Shown piece after piece: positions 17,069 to 27,670 of a DNA stretch of 64,000 bases (its first letter is position 1; each line of letters starts with the position of its first letter). The notes beneath the pieces were generated by a model that did no database searches, was not told where the DNA came from, and saw only the letters and a list, made by a program, of their open reading frames with translations. Source of the stretch: a virus. A program made the position numbers and the translations under genes. The stretch covers positions 10,401 to 74,400 of the IMG/VR virus record IMGVR_UViG_3300050343_000281; one strand, given 5' to 3'.

Positions 17069-17405
17069 ATGATGGGAGAAATGGAGCGTATAAAAGCTAT
17101 TATAGCAAAAAAGAAAGCTGAAAAAGACAAAAAAGAAGCTGAAAGAATAGCTAAAAGAAAAAAAGAAAGAGAAAGGGCTAGAATATTTGAAATAGCTGGT
17201 GATGAAAGAGCTCCTGTAAAGTATAGACAGGCTTATATAGCTAAAAAAGCCGCTATAGAAAAAGAAGAAAGGGAAAAAAGAAGATCAAATAAAGATAAAA
17301 GAAGCTAAAAAAAGAGAATTAGAGGATTATTTTAAAAAAGCTAGTGAAAGAAGAAGGATAAGAGTTGAAAGGTTAAGGGAAAAGTATGGAAAAGTCAAAA
17401 AATAA
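17069..17405 (+). CDS. Highly charged helical protein, interrupted by apparent +1 frameshift
   Basis: Frame 1 stops at 17308; after the A6 run (17274-17279) the +1 frame continues EDQIKIKEAKKRELEDYFKK to TAA 17405. Confidence 0.55.
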
Positions 17406-17556
17406 GCCATATGGAGCATTAACTTTTGGAAAAGCTGATCCTATATTTAAAGAAATATATGCAGATAAGGTAGAAAAGCCTACATATAAGAATAAACGTA
17501 AGTTTTCTAAAATAAGAAATACAATCGGAAGAAAAAAGAAAAGATCTACACCTTAG
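17386..17556 (+). CDS. Small basic protein (56 aa, below ORF-track cutoff)
   Basis: MEKSKNKPYG...KRKFSKIRNTIGRKKKRSTP. Confidence 0.6.
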   Translation: MEKSKNKPYGALTFGKADPIFKEIYADKVEKPTYKNKRKFSKIRNTIGRKKKRSTP

Positions 17557-17592
17557 TACAAGACTAGACTTTATTTTTTTACAGGAGATTAC

Positions 17593-17877
17593 ATGAAATC
17601 TATTAAAAAAGCCCTCCCATTTGTGCTATTAGCATCTTTTTTAGCACTTTCACACTACAAACAAGCTCAAATAGCTGATTCTATAATTATTATAGCTTTG
17701 GCTTCATTATGTGCATTTAGCATGTACCTAGAAACAAAAAAGAGTCCAAATTACCTAGAACAATTTCAAAAAGACCTTGAAAACAAGGATAAAGAGATAA
17801 AAGAACTACAAACTTCTTTGGGCATTTATAATATGTCTCAAAAAAGAAAAGAACAAGTAGAAAATATTATCTGGTAG
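17593..17877 (+). CDS. Membrane protein with two TM segments and a coiled coil
   Basis: Hydrophobic segments; AGGAG RBS. Confidence 0.7.
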   Translation: MKSIKKALPFVLLASFLALSHYKQAQIADSIIIIALASLCAFSMYLETKKSPNYLEQFQKDLENKDKEIKELQTSLGIYNMSQKRKEQVENIIW

Positions 17878-17883
17878 GTATAA

Positions 17884-18234
17884 ATGAGTGATTATAAAGA
17901 TGTTGAATACGAAATATCTATATTAAAGGATAAAATACTCCAATTAGAATCAGAAAATCAAAAAATGAAGCAGGTTATTTTAGATAACGAGCTTGAGAAT
18001 GAAATTGATGGCTTAGATGCTATATCTGAAGAAGAGTATATTTGTGTAAAGGGTATAGGACATTTAAAAAAACTATTTGAAAATGGAACATTTACTAAAG
18101 ACGATACTCAACAATTAGACTTACTTATAAAAAACCTTAGAATGATACGGGGACAAAGTAGTAAAAAAGCTAAAGGCAAAAGACTAAAAACAGAAGATGT
18201 AGCAGAGTTATTTAGTATAGTAAAAGGTAAATAA
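17884..18234 (+). CDS. Possible terminase small subunit
   Basis: Helical 116-aa ORF coupled (TAATG) to terL; positional inference. Confidence 0.45.
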   Translation: MSDYKDVEYEISILKDKILQLESENQKMKQVILDNELENEIDGLDAISEEEYICVKGIGHLKKLFENGTFTKDDTQQLDLLIKNLRMIRGQSSKKAKGKRLKTEDVAELFSIVKGK

Positions 18235-19697
18235 TGTCTAAAGAAGAGCAAAAAAAACTTGCGGCTAAGCATAAACTATGGAGAATGGGAGAATTAAGCT
18301 GGAAGTTAAAAGGAAAACAAGAAGATATATATAAAAACATGAGAGAAACTACTCATGATGTATCTTGTATATTGGTATCTAGACGTTTTGGTAAATCTTT
18401 TACAAACTGTCTTTTAGCAGTTGAAACTTGTCTTAAAAATCCTAATGCTATTGTTAAATATGCTTGTCCTAAGCAAAGAATGGTTCAAACTATAATTAAA
18501 CCCATAATGCGTGAAATATTTAAAGATGCCCCAGAAGAGTTTAATTTATCTGATATGTGGAAAGCTAATGATAAAGTATACCAATTTCCTAACGGATCAG
18601 AAATACAAATAGCGGGAACTGATAATGGTAATGCCGAAAACCTACGTGGTGGTTATGCTCAGTTGCTCATATGTGACGAAGCTGGATTTATGGACGATTT
18701 AGACTACGTAGTAAATTCTATACTACTTCCTACCACAGATACAACAGATGGTAAGTTAATTCTTACATCTACTCCAAATTATAAAGATCCTCAACATGAA
18801 TTTCATACAGAATTTGTATTCCCTCTAGAAGCAGAAGAAAGGCTTATAAAATATACTTTATATGAATCTCCAATGGTAGATGAAGATAAAATACAAAAGA
18901 TTATATCAAGATACCCTGGTGGAGCAGAGAATCCTAAGTTTAGATGCGAGTATCTTTGTGAGATACCTAAATTAACAGAAAACACTGTAATACCTGAATA
19001 TGGCTATAATAAACATGAGATCGTAATAGATGATGTAGCCCTTCCAGATCACTTTGATGCCTACGTAGCAGCAGATATTGGATTTAGGGACTTAACCGTA
19101 GTTTTATTCGGTTACTATGACTTTATGAACGCTCAGTTAGTTATATTAGATGAACTAGTAATGAACGGTCCAGAAATGACTACTGACGAACTAGCTAAAA
19201 GAATTAATCAAAAAGAAGAACTCAGATTTCATTTAGATTCTATTAACATGCCAGTAGCTCCGTATTTACGTATTATGGACAATGATTTAAAGCTTATAAA
19301 TGACTTAGTTAGGCTACATAATATTCATTTTATAGCTACTAAAAAAGATAATAAAGAAGCTCAAATTAACCAAGTTAGGTTGTGGGTACATCAAGGTAAG
19401 ATTAAAATTCATGAAAGATGTAAACATCTAAGGTATCATTTAGAAAATGCACAATGGGATAAGCATAGAAAATCTTTTATACAATTAAAAGATACTCCTA
19501 ATGGAGAAATTAGAGGAGGCCACTGTGATGCTCTTGACGCTCTTATATATCTAGTTAGAAATGTTAATGAAGGTAGAAATCCTTTTCCAGAAGATTATAA
19601 TAAATTAAGAGGACCAGGAATATTTAAAAGTCTCCATAAACCTAAAGAATCAAAATTACAGGAACTTATGGATACTATCATGGGAAAGATAAAATAA
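18234..19697 (+). CDS. terL: Terminase large subunit
   Basis: SRRFGKS Walker A, LLICDEAG Walker B, LTSTP, ADIGFRD and HCDALDALIY nuclease motifs. Confidence 0.95.
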   Translation: MSKEEQKKLAAKHKLWRMGELSWKLKGKQEDIYKNMRETTHDVSCILVSRRFGKSFTNCLLAVETCLKNPNAIVKYACPKQRMVQTIIKPIMREIFKDAPEEFNLSDMWKANDKVYQFPNGSEIQIAGTDNGNAENLRGGYAQLLICDEAGFMDDLDYVVNSILLPTTDTTDGKLILTSTPNYKDPQHEFHTEFVFPLEAEERLIKYTLYESPMVDEDKIQKIISRYPGGAENPKFRCEYLCEIPKLTENTVIPEYGYNKHEIVIDDVALPDHFDAYVAADIGFRDLTVVLFGYYDFMNAQLVILDELVMNGPEMTTDELAKRINQKEELRFHLDSINMPVAPYLRIMDNDLKLINDLVRLHNIHFIATKKDNKEAQINQVRLWVHQGKIKIHERCKHLRYHLENAQWDKHRKSFIQLKDTPNGEIRGGHCDALDALIYLVRNVNEGRNPFPEDYNKLRGPGIFKSLHKPKESKLQELMDTIMGKIK

Positions 19698-19761
19698 TAT
19701 ACTCTAAAAATACACCATTTTAACAACTATAAATGTGTAATAAACCACTTTAGGAGTTAAA

Positions 19762-21851
19762 ATGAAAGACAGCGTTTACTTTGCTGCAGATACATCTGAA
19801 AAAGCTGCCAGTTACTTACAACACAAAACCAAAGAATGGTTTCAAAACATAAGTGTAAACAACTATCTAAATAAAATCAAAAAATCATGGGCTGCTTATC
19901 ATGGAAATTACTACGCTAGTAGTCATGAAATAACCTTTGGCGGGGAACAAGGAGAGCTTGTAAACCTAGCCGTAAATCACTATTCCAACCTATGTACTCA
20001 CATGCTTAATATGGTAACTGGGTCTCGACCTAGTTTTCAATGTAGGGCAATTAACACTGATAGAAAATCTAAAATCCAAGCTGAACTGGGTAATGGACTA
20101 CTAGAATATTATATGCGTGAAAAAAGACTAGAGCGTAATATAAAAGCTGCTGTAGAATATGCTATTGTATTAGGATCTGGTTTTGTTAAAATGGAATGGA
20201 ACGCTACTAGAGGCGAAATAAGTGATTATTTAGATATAAGTCCAGAAGATATTGCATCTTTTGATGAAGAAGGTAATCCATTAGACGAAGATGGAAATAT
20301 GCTTTCTCCCACTCCAATATACGATGGTGACGTAGATTTTTACACACTATCTCCTTTCGATGTCGCATTTGATCCAACTAAAGAAACTCCAGATTTACAT
20401 GAATGGGTAGTTATTAGAACTTTTGTAAACAGGTACAATCTTAAAGAAAAGTATCCTGAGTATGCAGAAGAAATTATGAGGATTGGAACTAAAGACACTC
20501 AAAATTCAAACAATAGAATATCTCTAACATCTTTTAGTAAAACTGATGATATACCAGTATATGAATTATATCATAAAAGAACTGAAGCTTGTCCAGAAGG
20601 TAGATTTATGATGTATCTTACTAGCGATATAGTATTAGAAGATACTGACATGCCTTATAGAGACTTACCTATATTTAGAATAGCTCCTAGGAACGTACTA
20701 GGGACTCCTTTTGGTTATACATCTATGTGGGATATTTTACCACTCCAAGATGCTGTTAATAGTCTTTATTCTACAATAATGACTAATAATAACGCTTTTG
20801 GGGTGCAAAATATTCTCAACCCACAAGGAAACAATCTAAAAGTTAATCAACTAGAAGGTGGGCTAAATTTTATAGAATATAATCAAACAGTTGGGAAACC
20901 AGAACCACTACAACTTACATCTACTGCTCCAGAAACTTATAACTTTTTAGGAATGTTAGAAAAGACCATGGAAACAGTTTCTGGCATTAACTCAGTAGCT
21001 AGGGGTAATCCTGAATCTAGTTTAAGATCCGGTACTGCATTAGCACTAGTACAATCTCAAGCTTTACAATTTATGTCAGGACTACAACAATCTTATATTC
21101 AATTATTAGAAGATGTAGGAACTGGATTAATTAACATATTAAAAGATTTTGCAGATGCTCCAAGAATTGCAGCAATTGCAGGAATATCAAATACCAGTAA
21201 AATGGTAACATTTAAGTCTGAGGATTTAGAAGCAATAAATAGGGTTGTAGTTGATGTCGGTAACGCACTCGCACAAACACCTGCTGGTAGAGCGCAAATT
21301 GCAGAAAATCTTCTTCAAATGGGGTTAATTACTACTCCAGAAAGATACTTAGAAGTACTAAATACTGGTAACTTGAAAACAGCAACACAAGGAATTACAA
21401 GCGAATTAGATACTATAAATTCAGAAAATGAAGCATTATTAAAAGGACAGAGTGAAGTCATTGCTATTGCAACAGATCACCATGCCATGCACATTAGAGA
21501 ACACAGATCTGTACTCTCCGACCCTGCATTAAGACTTGACTCAGAATTAGTAGCCAGGACTCTTGCTCATATTAATGAACATATCAGACTCCTTCAAGAA
21601 ACAGATCCTAACTTACTATCCATCATCGGGAGCAGCCCCTTGCTCCTCCTGGTGGATCTCCTATTAATCCTCAACAACAAGGCGGTATGCCTGGTGCTCA
21701 AGGTGCTTCTGCTCCATTACAAGGAACTCCAATGACTCAAGCAATGCCTGGTATGCCTAGTCCTGCTCAAGCTCCTGATATATTAGGACAAGGGCAACCT
21801 CAAACTCCTGAAGAATTACTGGCAATGAATTTAGGTGGAGGTAACTTCTAA
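19762..21851 (+). CDS. Portal protein (apparent -1 frameshift at GGG 21628-21630)
   Basis: Follows terL; SGINSVARG...SGTALALV portal motif; -1 frame gives a P/Q/G-rich tail ending at TAA overlapping the next ATG. Confidence 0.85.
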
Positions 21852-22195
21852 TGAAAAGAATAAGATATAAAAAAACAGATAAAGAAAATATTGTAATATC
21901 AAATAAGATTATTAGATCTCAAAGAACTGGAGCAGAGTACCTAGTTTACCTAGATCTAGAAAATGTAACATATAAAATTAAAAATATAAATTCGGAAAAC
22001 GTACATAGAGGTGGGGATAATATTAACAATCTAAATGTACTTAAAAGATCGGTAAAAACTAGACTTGAAGGTATGGGTGTAGTTTTTGCAGAAGAAGAAC
22101 GTGATAGGACCTTCGGAAGATGTCCTAAAGGATGGAATCAAAAAAAACAAGAACAAATTAGTAGTTATGTTATTGAAGAGGGAGAAAATGAGTAA
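21851..22195 (+). CDS. Hypothetical protein
   Basis: 114-aa ORF with GGAGG RBS. Confidence 0.7.
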   Translation: MKRIRYKKTDKENIVISNKIIRSQRTGAEYLVYLDLENVTYKIKNINSENVHRGGDNINNLNVLKRSVKTRLEGMGVVFAEEERDRTFGRCPKGWNQKKQEQISSYVIEEGENE

Positions 22196-22370
22196 GAAAA
22201 AAAGTTGTGCAGGTAAGACAGCTAATGGAGCTTGTCCTACTAAGCCAGAATTATACCAAAGAATAAAAGCTAAAATAAAAGCTAAATTTGGAGAAGATTA
22301 TCCAAGTGCTTATGCCAGCTCTGCGCTTGTAAAAGAATACAAGGAAAAGGGTGGAGGATATAAGAAATGA
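22188..22370 (+). CDS. Small basic protein, DUF5872-like N-terminal half
   Basis: LYQRIKAKIKAKF...PSAYASSALVKEYKEKGGGY; start reassigned to ATG 22188 after GAGGGAG. Confidence 0.65.
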   Translation: MSKKKSCAGKTANGACPTKPELYQRIKAKIKAKFGEDYPSAYASSALVKEYKEKGGGYKK

Positions 22371-22645
22371 GTAAGCCTAGTGCGAAACAAGGCGGTCTTG
22401 TTAGATGGCACAAGGAAAAATGGAAAGACTCTAAAGGTAGAGAATGTGGTCATGGAGATGACGACAGTTACTGCAGACCTAGTAAAAGGGTTACTAAAAG
22501 TACTCCAAAAACTTGGGGAGAATTATCTGAATCTGAAAAGAAAAGTGCTTTAAAGGCTAAAGCGAAAGCTAGAAGAGAAGGTAATCAATATAGTAGTAAA
22601 AGGTTTTCTAAAATTAAAAGGAAGTTAGATAATGAAAAAAAGTAA
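22367..22645 (+). CDS. Small basic protein, DUF5872-like C-terminal half
   Basis: GGLVRWHKEKW...CG...YCRPSKRVTKSTPKTWGELS. Confidence 0.7.
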   Translation: MSKPSAKQGGLVRWHKEKWKDSKGRECGHGDDDSYCRPSKRVTKSTPKTWGELSESEKKSALKAKAKARREGNQYSSKRFSKIKRKLDNEKK

Positions 22646-22802
22646 AAAAGAAGATGGAGAATTTCTTGCAAAGTTTAGGAAAGGCTTTAAAGGGTCTGAT
22701 GAAGATAAAGAAAGAATGGAACTTAGTGAAGATCAGCAAGAAAGACTAAAGAAGAAGAAAAAGAAAGGGTTATTTTCAAAAATAAAATCAATGTTAGAAT
22801 AA
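22632..22802 (+). CDS. Small charged protein (56 aa, below cutoff)
   Basis: MKKSKKEDGEFLAKF...GLFSKIKSMLE. Confidence 0.6.
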   Translation: MKKSKKEDGEFLAKFRKGFKGSDEDKERMELSEDQQERLKKKKKKGLFSKIKSMLE

Positions 22803-22863
22803 GATTTACAAACTGCCTACCCATAGTGGATGGCTAACAAACATATACAACTAAGGAGTTATT

Positions 22864-23862
22864 ATGTCTGATGAAATCGTAGAAACAAATGATGTACAAG
22901 ATGAAGTAGTACAAAACGAACTAGTAGAAGAATCTATTGATGATTCTGGATTAGAAGCATCTTCTGAATCAGTAGAAGCTAGTACAGTAGAAGATCTTGA
23001 AGAAGAGTTAGTAGAAGCTGCAGAAAATGGTGCTTCTCAACAAGAACTTCAAAACATGATTAAAGAGTTTGAGCTAAAAGTTAATGGTAAAACTCTAAAG
23101 AAAAGAATTGACCTAAGTGATGAAGACGCTGTAAAAAGAGAACTTCAAAAAGCCTATGCTGGTCAATTAGCAATGCAAGAAAAGGCTGAATTAGAAAATG
23201 CTCTTAAGAGTAGAGTAAATGATTGGAAAAACAACCCTTGGCAATTCTTTGAAGAAATTGGTTTAGATGCTGACGAATTAGCCGAAATCAGACTTGCTCA
23301 AAGATTAGAAGAGATGAAGAAAGATCCAGCAGAACTTGAAAGAGAGCAAAGAGAATTAGAACTTCAACAATTAAGAGGACAATTAAAAGATAAAGAAGAA
23401 AGAGAAAAGCAACTTGAGTACGAAAGATTACAAGAAGAGGCTGCAATGCAACTTGACGTTGAGATTTCTGAAGCATTAGATGCACATCCAAGTCTTCCAG
23501 CTACTCCAAGAGTTATACGACAAATTGCTGATACTCTAGCTTGGGCAATTACTCCACAAAACGAAAATGGCGGTGGATTTGATCCAGATGAAATTTCAGT
23601 GTCTGATATTCTTCCTACAGTTGAAGCTGAAATAAGAAAGGAAATATCTGATCTTATGGCTTCTCTACCAGAAGAAATGATTGAACAATATATTGGCAAT
23701 AAAGGTATTGAAAGGCTTAAGAAAAAGACTATTGCTAAAGTGAAAAAGGCACCTAAGTCTGCAAAATCATTGAACAAACCATCTGCACCTAAAGAAGAAA
23801 GTAAAGTAGAGCCTAAAAAGAAGGGCAGACTTGATGATTTCTTTAGTGTAAGAAATAGATAA
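22864..23862 (+). CDS. Capsid scaffolding protein
   Basis: Acidic N-terminus, FELKVNGK motif, coiled coil, basic C-terminus, directly upstream of capsid gene. Confidence 0.8.
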   Translation: MSDEIVETNDVQDEVVQNELVEESIDDSGLEASSESVEASTVEDLEEELVEAAENGASQQELQNMIKEFELKVNGKTLKKRIDLSDEDAVKRELQKAYAGQLAMQEKAELENALKSRVNDWKNNPWQFFEEIGLDADELAEIRLAQRLEEMKKDPAELEREQRELELQQLRGQLKDKEEREKQLEYERLQEEAAMQLDVEISEALDAHPSLPATPRVIRQIADTLAWAITPQNENGGGFDPDEISVSDILPTVEAEIRKEISDLMASLPEEMIEQYIGNKGIERLKKKTIAKVKKAPKSAKSLNKPSAPKEESKVEPKKKGRLDDFFSVRNR

Positions 23863-24063
23863 ATTTTAACAACTATAAAAATACGAGGTATATTACCTCG
23901 TATTAATATACTTTTAACTAGGTTTTAGTAAATTTAGTGAGACTTCTAGATACCCTTAATAGGGCTTTAGAACATCGAGTTAAGGAGAAAGGGTTGATGT
24001 TGAATTTATATAAAACTTTTAAATTTTAAATTAACAAAAAACTATTTTATAGGAGAATTAAAA

Positions 24064-25347
24064 ATGGCTGATATTGGAAACGCTCTACCAGGGGTAGAAA
24101 ACGCTCAAAGTTCACTAAACGGATTATTTAAAGAAATTTACAACCAACTTAAGGACTTAGTACCTGCTAATACTAAAATGGCAGATATGATTCCTTTCGC
24201 ACCAGGAGACAAAGAACTAGGTGCTGCTTATAACGAGCCAGTAGTTCTAGGTTTAGAAGGTGGTGTAAGTTATGGTGGATCTGACGGAGAAGCTTTCGCA
24301 TTAAGAACTCCAAGTTCATTTACACTTAAAAACGCAAGAGTAAAGTCTGTAGAAATGGTATTAAGATCTGCAATTTCTACTGCTGTAGCTTCAAGATCTC
24401 AAAACTCTAACGGTGCTTTTGAAAGAGGTATTAAACTTCTTACTGGTAATATGATGAAATCTATGTACCACAGATTAGAAGTATCAATGCTTTACGGACA
24501 ACAAGGAATTGCTGTTGTAGAGTCTGTAGCTGGAACTGGTCCATCTGTAATTAAAGTAGAAGATCAAGAATGGGCTGCTGGTATTTGGGTTGGAACTACT
24601 AAGCACAAAATAGAAGTATTTAGTGCAGATTTAGCTACAAAAAGAGCTGAATTAACTATTTCAGGATATGATATTGGTGCTAAAACAGTAACTGTTATAG
24701 AAGATGCTTCTACATTACAAGCTACTGACGTAATCTTCTTTTCTGGTGCTGCTGAAGCAGGAGCTGTTCACAAGGATATGCTAGGTCTTCACAAAATCGC
24801 TTCAGAAAGAGTTTCATTATTTGAAATTTCTAACGCTACTGAGCCACTTTTCCAAGGTAACATCGTAGATGTTGGTGAACTTGCTAACGCTGCTGTACTT
24901 TCTTTTGCTAAAGTAGAAGAAGCTGTTGCAAAAGCTGTAGAAAAAGGTCTTGGAGAAGAGCAAATGACTGTTATAGTTAACGTAAACTCTTGGAATGACT
25001 TACTTACTGAGCAAACTGCTAAGAGAAGATTTACTTCTGACTACTCTTCTAAAATCAAAGAAGGTTCTAGAGCAATTGAATTTGAAGGACAAGCTGGTTC
25101 TATCAAAATTGTCCCTTCTACTTACGTAAAAGAAGGATACGCTTACGCTTTTTGTGAAAAAGATCTAATCAGAATCGGCTCTTCTAACATTACTTTTGAT
25201 CCAAAAGGATACGAAGGTGAATTTTTCAGACTACTAGATAACCACTCAGGTTACGAAATTAGAGCATACTCTGATCAAGCTCTTTTCTCTAGTAGACCAA
25301 GCTGTATTACTGTATTAAGGTACATTAAAAACGCTACACACGCATAA
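24064..25347 (+). CDS. Major capsid protein
   Basis: LNGLFKEIY N-terminal motif, position, strongly biased codons, own promoter motif and downstream terminator. Confidence 0.85.
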   Translation: MADIGNALPGVENAQSSLNGLFKEIYNQLKDLVPANTKMADMIPFAPGDKELGAAYNEPVVLGLEGGVSYGGSDGEAFALRTPSSFTLKNARVKSVEMVLRSAISTAVASRSQNSNGAFERGIKLLTGNMMKSMYHRLEVSMLYGQQGIAVVESVAGTGPSVIKVEDQEWAAGIWVGTTKHKIEVFSADLATKRAELTISGYDIGAKTVTVIEDASTLQATDVIFFSGAAEAGAVHKDMLGLHKIASERVSLFEISNATEPLFQGNIVDVGELANAAVLSFAKVEEAVAKAVEKGLGEEQMTVIVNVNSWNDLLTEQTAKRRFTSDYSSKIKEGSRAIEFEGQAGSIKIVPSTYVKEGYAYAFCEKDLIRIGSSNITFDPKGYEGEFFRLLDNHSGYEIRAYSDQALFSSRPSCITVLRYIKNATHA

Positions 25348-25376
25348 AATTACTATTCTAGTGATTCAAAGTATAT

Positions 25377-25407
25377 AGCCCAGATGCAATGTCTGGGCTT
25401 TTTATTT
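25377..25407 (+). terminator. Rho-independent terminator after capsid gene
   Basis: AGCCCAGA/TCTGGGCT stem plus T-tract. Confidence 0.85.
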
Positions 25408-25475
25408 AATACAACAAAACCTTTATTTTTAACAACTATAGAGTATATATCTATATAATATAATAAAGGATAGAC

Positions 25476-25955
25476 ATGTCAACGATACGACTCAGATTAG
25501 GTGATGATGTTTTTGATATACCTGTTGTTGGAGCAAGCAATTGGGGAGAACAAATAACTCTTTATCTAAGAAAAAATTCCGAAATAATTGAAAATATACA
25601 AGGTCCACAAGATATTCTATTAACTTCTGATACTTTACAAAACGGAGTATCAATTGAAGCTCCAGAAGATGTTAAAGGGTTAAATTTCAATACTAATGAT
25701 ATTCAAAATATAATAGTAGATGGTTATATAAAAAGAACTATTACAGGCGATGTTAAAGTAGATTCTTTTCGATGTGAAGGTATCTATGATAGTTCTAATT
25801 TTCATGTAGATATAAATTACACAGGAACTGATACAGGAGTTAGAATATTTCCAGATGAAATGGGAACTGGTCAGTTTAAATATACTTCAGAAGATGTAGC
25901 TAATACTACAAATATACAAATATTTTTTAGAGCTAAAACAATTATAGAAGAGTAG
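25476..25955 (+). CDS. Virion structural protein
   Basis: C-terminus resembles the shared G(V/I).F....GQ..Y.S domain. Confidence 0.65.
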   Translation: MSTIRLRLGDDVFDIPVVGASNWGEQITLYLRKNSEIIENIQGPQDILLTSDTLQNGVSIEAPEDVKGLNFNTNDIQNIIVDGYIKRTITGDVKVDSFRCEGIYDSSNFHVDINYTGTDTGVRIFPDEMGTGQFKYTSEDVANTTNIQIFFRAKTIIEE

Positions 25956-25968
25956 GGAGATATAAACC

Positions 25969-27537
25969 ATGCCAATCGTAAGAAAACGTCATATAAAAGG
26001 GATTAATCTAGATCCAGTTGATTTAACCTTAGATTCGTTGAATAAAGAAGGTGATTTAGCTTTAGATTCTAGTGATAGTAAATTAAAATATAGGGATGGA
26101 TCTGCTACTAGAACAGTAGTAAATACAGACGAAGAGCAAACATTTTCTAATAAAAATTTAGATAATACTAATACAGTAAATTATGAAAACTTAGCAATTG
26201 GGACAATAGATCCTTTACAAAAGGACATGGCTGATGTAGATAATGTAGCAGATGCATTAGATGCTATTAGAGTTTTAATAGACGGACAAGATCAGGCTAG
26301 TGAGATAGGTTATACTATAAAAACAGGTACTGGAGATAATTGGAACTCTTTTATAGACGAAGAAATTACTAAAGTAGATTTAGCTTTAGATGAACTAGCG
26401 TCTAGAGTTACTGCTAATAAAGAAGATATTATTTCAGATGGACAAGCATTACAAAATCACTTAAACAATGCTACAGGTGCTCACGCTGCATCTGCAATAT
26501 CAAGTGTTGCTTCTGGTAATTTAACTGCAACAGACGTACAAGCTGCTTTAGATGAGCTACAATCAGATGTAGACACTAGAGCATTAGCTGATATGGGAAC
26601 TATAACAAATGCTACTATACAAGACGCTTCTATAGAAAGTCCTATTAGATTGGACGTAAAAAAAGATGAGCTAACTGATTTAGAAACATATGCTACTACT
26701 GCTTCTGATGGGCAAATAGTATTTGCAACAGATACTAAAAAAATGTTTCAAGTTATAGACAATGTTTTAGAACCTATTGGAGCAGGTGGAGCTACTCAAT
26801 TTGAAGTAGATCAAGTTGCACATGGACTTTTAGTAGGATCTGGTGTTTATTACAATGGTACTTCTAATCAATGGGAAACAGCTCAAGCTGATAGTGCAGA
26901 TACTTTAGCTACATATGTAGTAATTGAAGCTTCTACGGATAAATTCGTAGCTGCAGACTTTGGGAGAGTAGAAGTTAGTTTACTTACCAATCCTTATTCT
27001 TTAGCTGCAGGAAATGAACTATACCTTTCTGAAGATATAGCTGGACAGCCTACTACAACAGAACCTAGTATTTTTTCTAATCCATTGTTTTATGTAGAAT
27101 CTTTAGATGCAACAGATCCAAATAACCAGTTAGCAATATTACAAGTTAAAGTATATAGGCCAGAATCTGTAGAAGCAGATGAACTATTTCCTGAAATATC
27201 ACAAACTATTTTAGATAATCAATCTGATGTATCAGTAAATGGAATAGCCTTAAATACTGCAGTACATAGAGGACTATCTTTATCTTATTCTCTTTTTAGA
27301 ACTAATGATGAGGGATTAGAAGTAGCTCAAATTGGACAGCTAAGAATAGTTTATAAAGTAGATAATGTTTCTATGAGTAATGTATTTTCTATATCAGACG
27401 ACTTTGCAGGAGATGATTCTGGAATAGAGTTTAGTGTAGATGCTAATGGTCAGGTTCAATATACTAGTTCTGCTTTAGGTGGTACTAGCCCTACAGGAAT
27501 ATTGAAGATAAAAGGATCAGAAGTATTCTTTCAATAA
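25969..27537 (+). CDS. Tail fibre/spike-type protein
   Basis: HAASAIS...ATDVQAALDEL fibre motifs, shared C-terminal domain. Confidence 0.75.
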   Translation: MPIVRKRHIKGINLDPVDLTLDSLNKEGDLALDSSDSKLKYRDGSATRTVVNTDEEQTFSNKNLDNTNTVNYENLAIGTIDPLQKDMADVDNVADALDAIRVLIDGQDQASEIGYTIKTGTGDNWNSFIDEEITKVDLALDELASRVTANKEDIISDGQALQNHLNNATGAHAASAISSVASGNLTATDVQAALDELQSDVDTRALADMGTITNATIQDASIESPIRLDVKKDELTDLETYATTASDGQIVFATDTKKMFQVIDNVLEPIGAGGATQFEVDQVAHGLLVGSGVYYNGTSNQWETAQADSADTLATYVVIEASTDKFVAADFGRVEVSLLTNPYSLAAGNELYLSEDIAGQPTTTEPSIFSNPLFYVESLDATDPNNQLAILQVKVYRPESVEADELFPEISQTILDNQSDVSVNGIALNTAVHRGLSLSYSLFRTNDEGLEVAQIGQLRIVYKVDNVSMSNVFSISDDFAGDDSGIEFSVDANGQVQYTSSALGGTSPTGILKIKGSEVFFQ

Positions 27538-27670
27538 TATACTATAAATACTTGTTTTTATTATAAAATTAACAACTATATAATATAGTGTCAATAACGA
27601 CGCTTATTCTAACCTGAAAGGGAGTGACACTAGTTATTCTCTATTTGGAAAGTGAAAATAGGAGATACTC

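Noticed and set aside
22086-22187. TTG-start extension of 22086..22370
   Set aside because: Overlaps the upstream gene; ATG 22188 has a strong RBS
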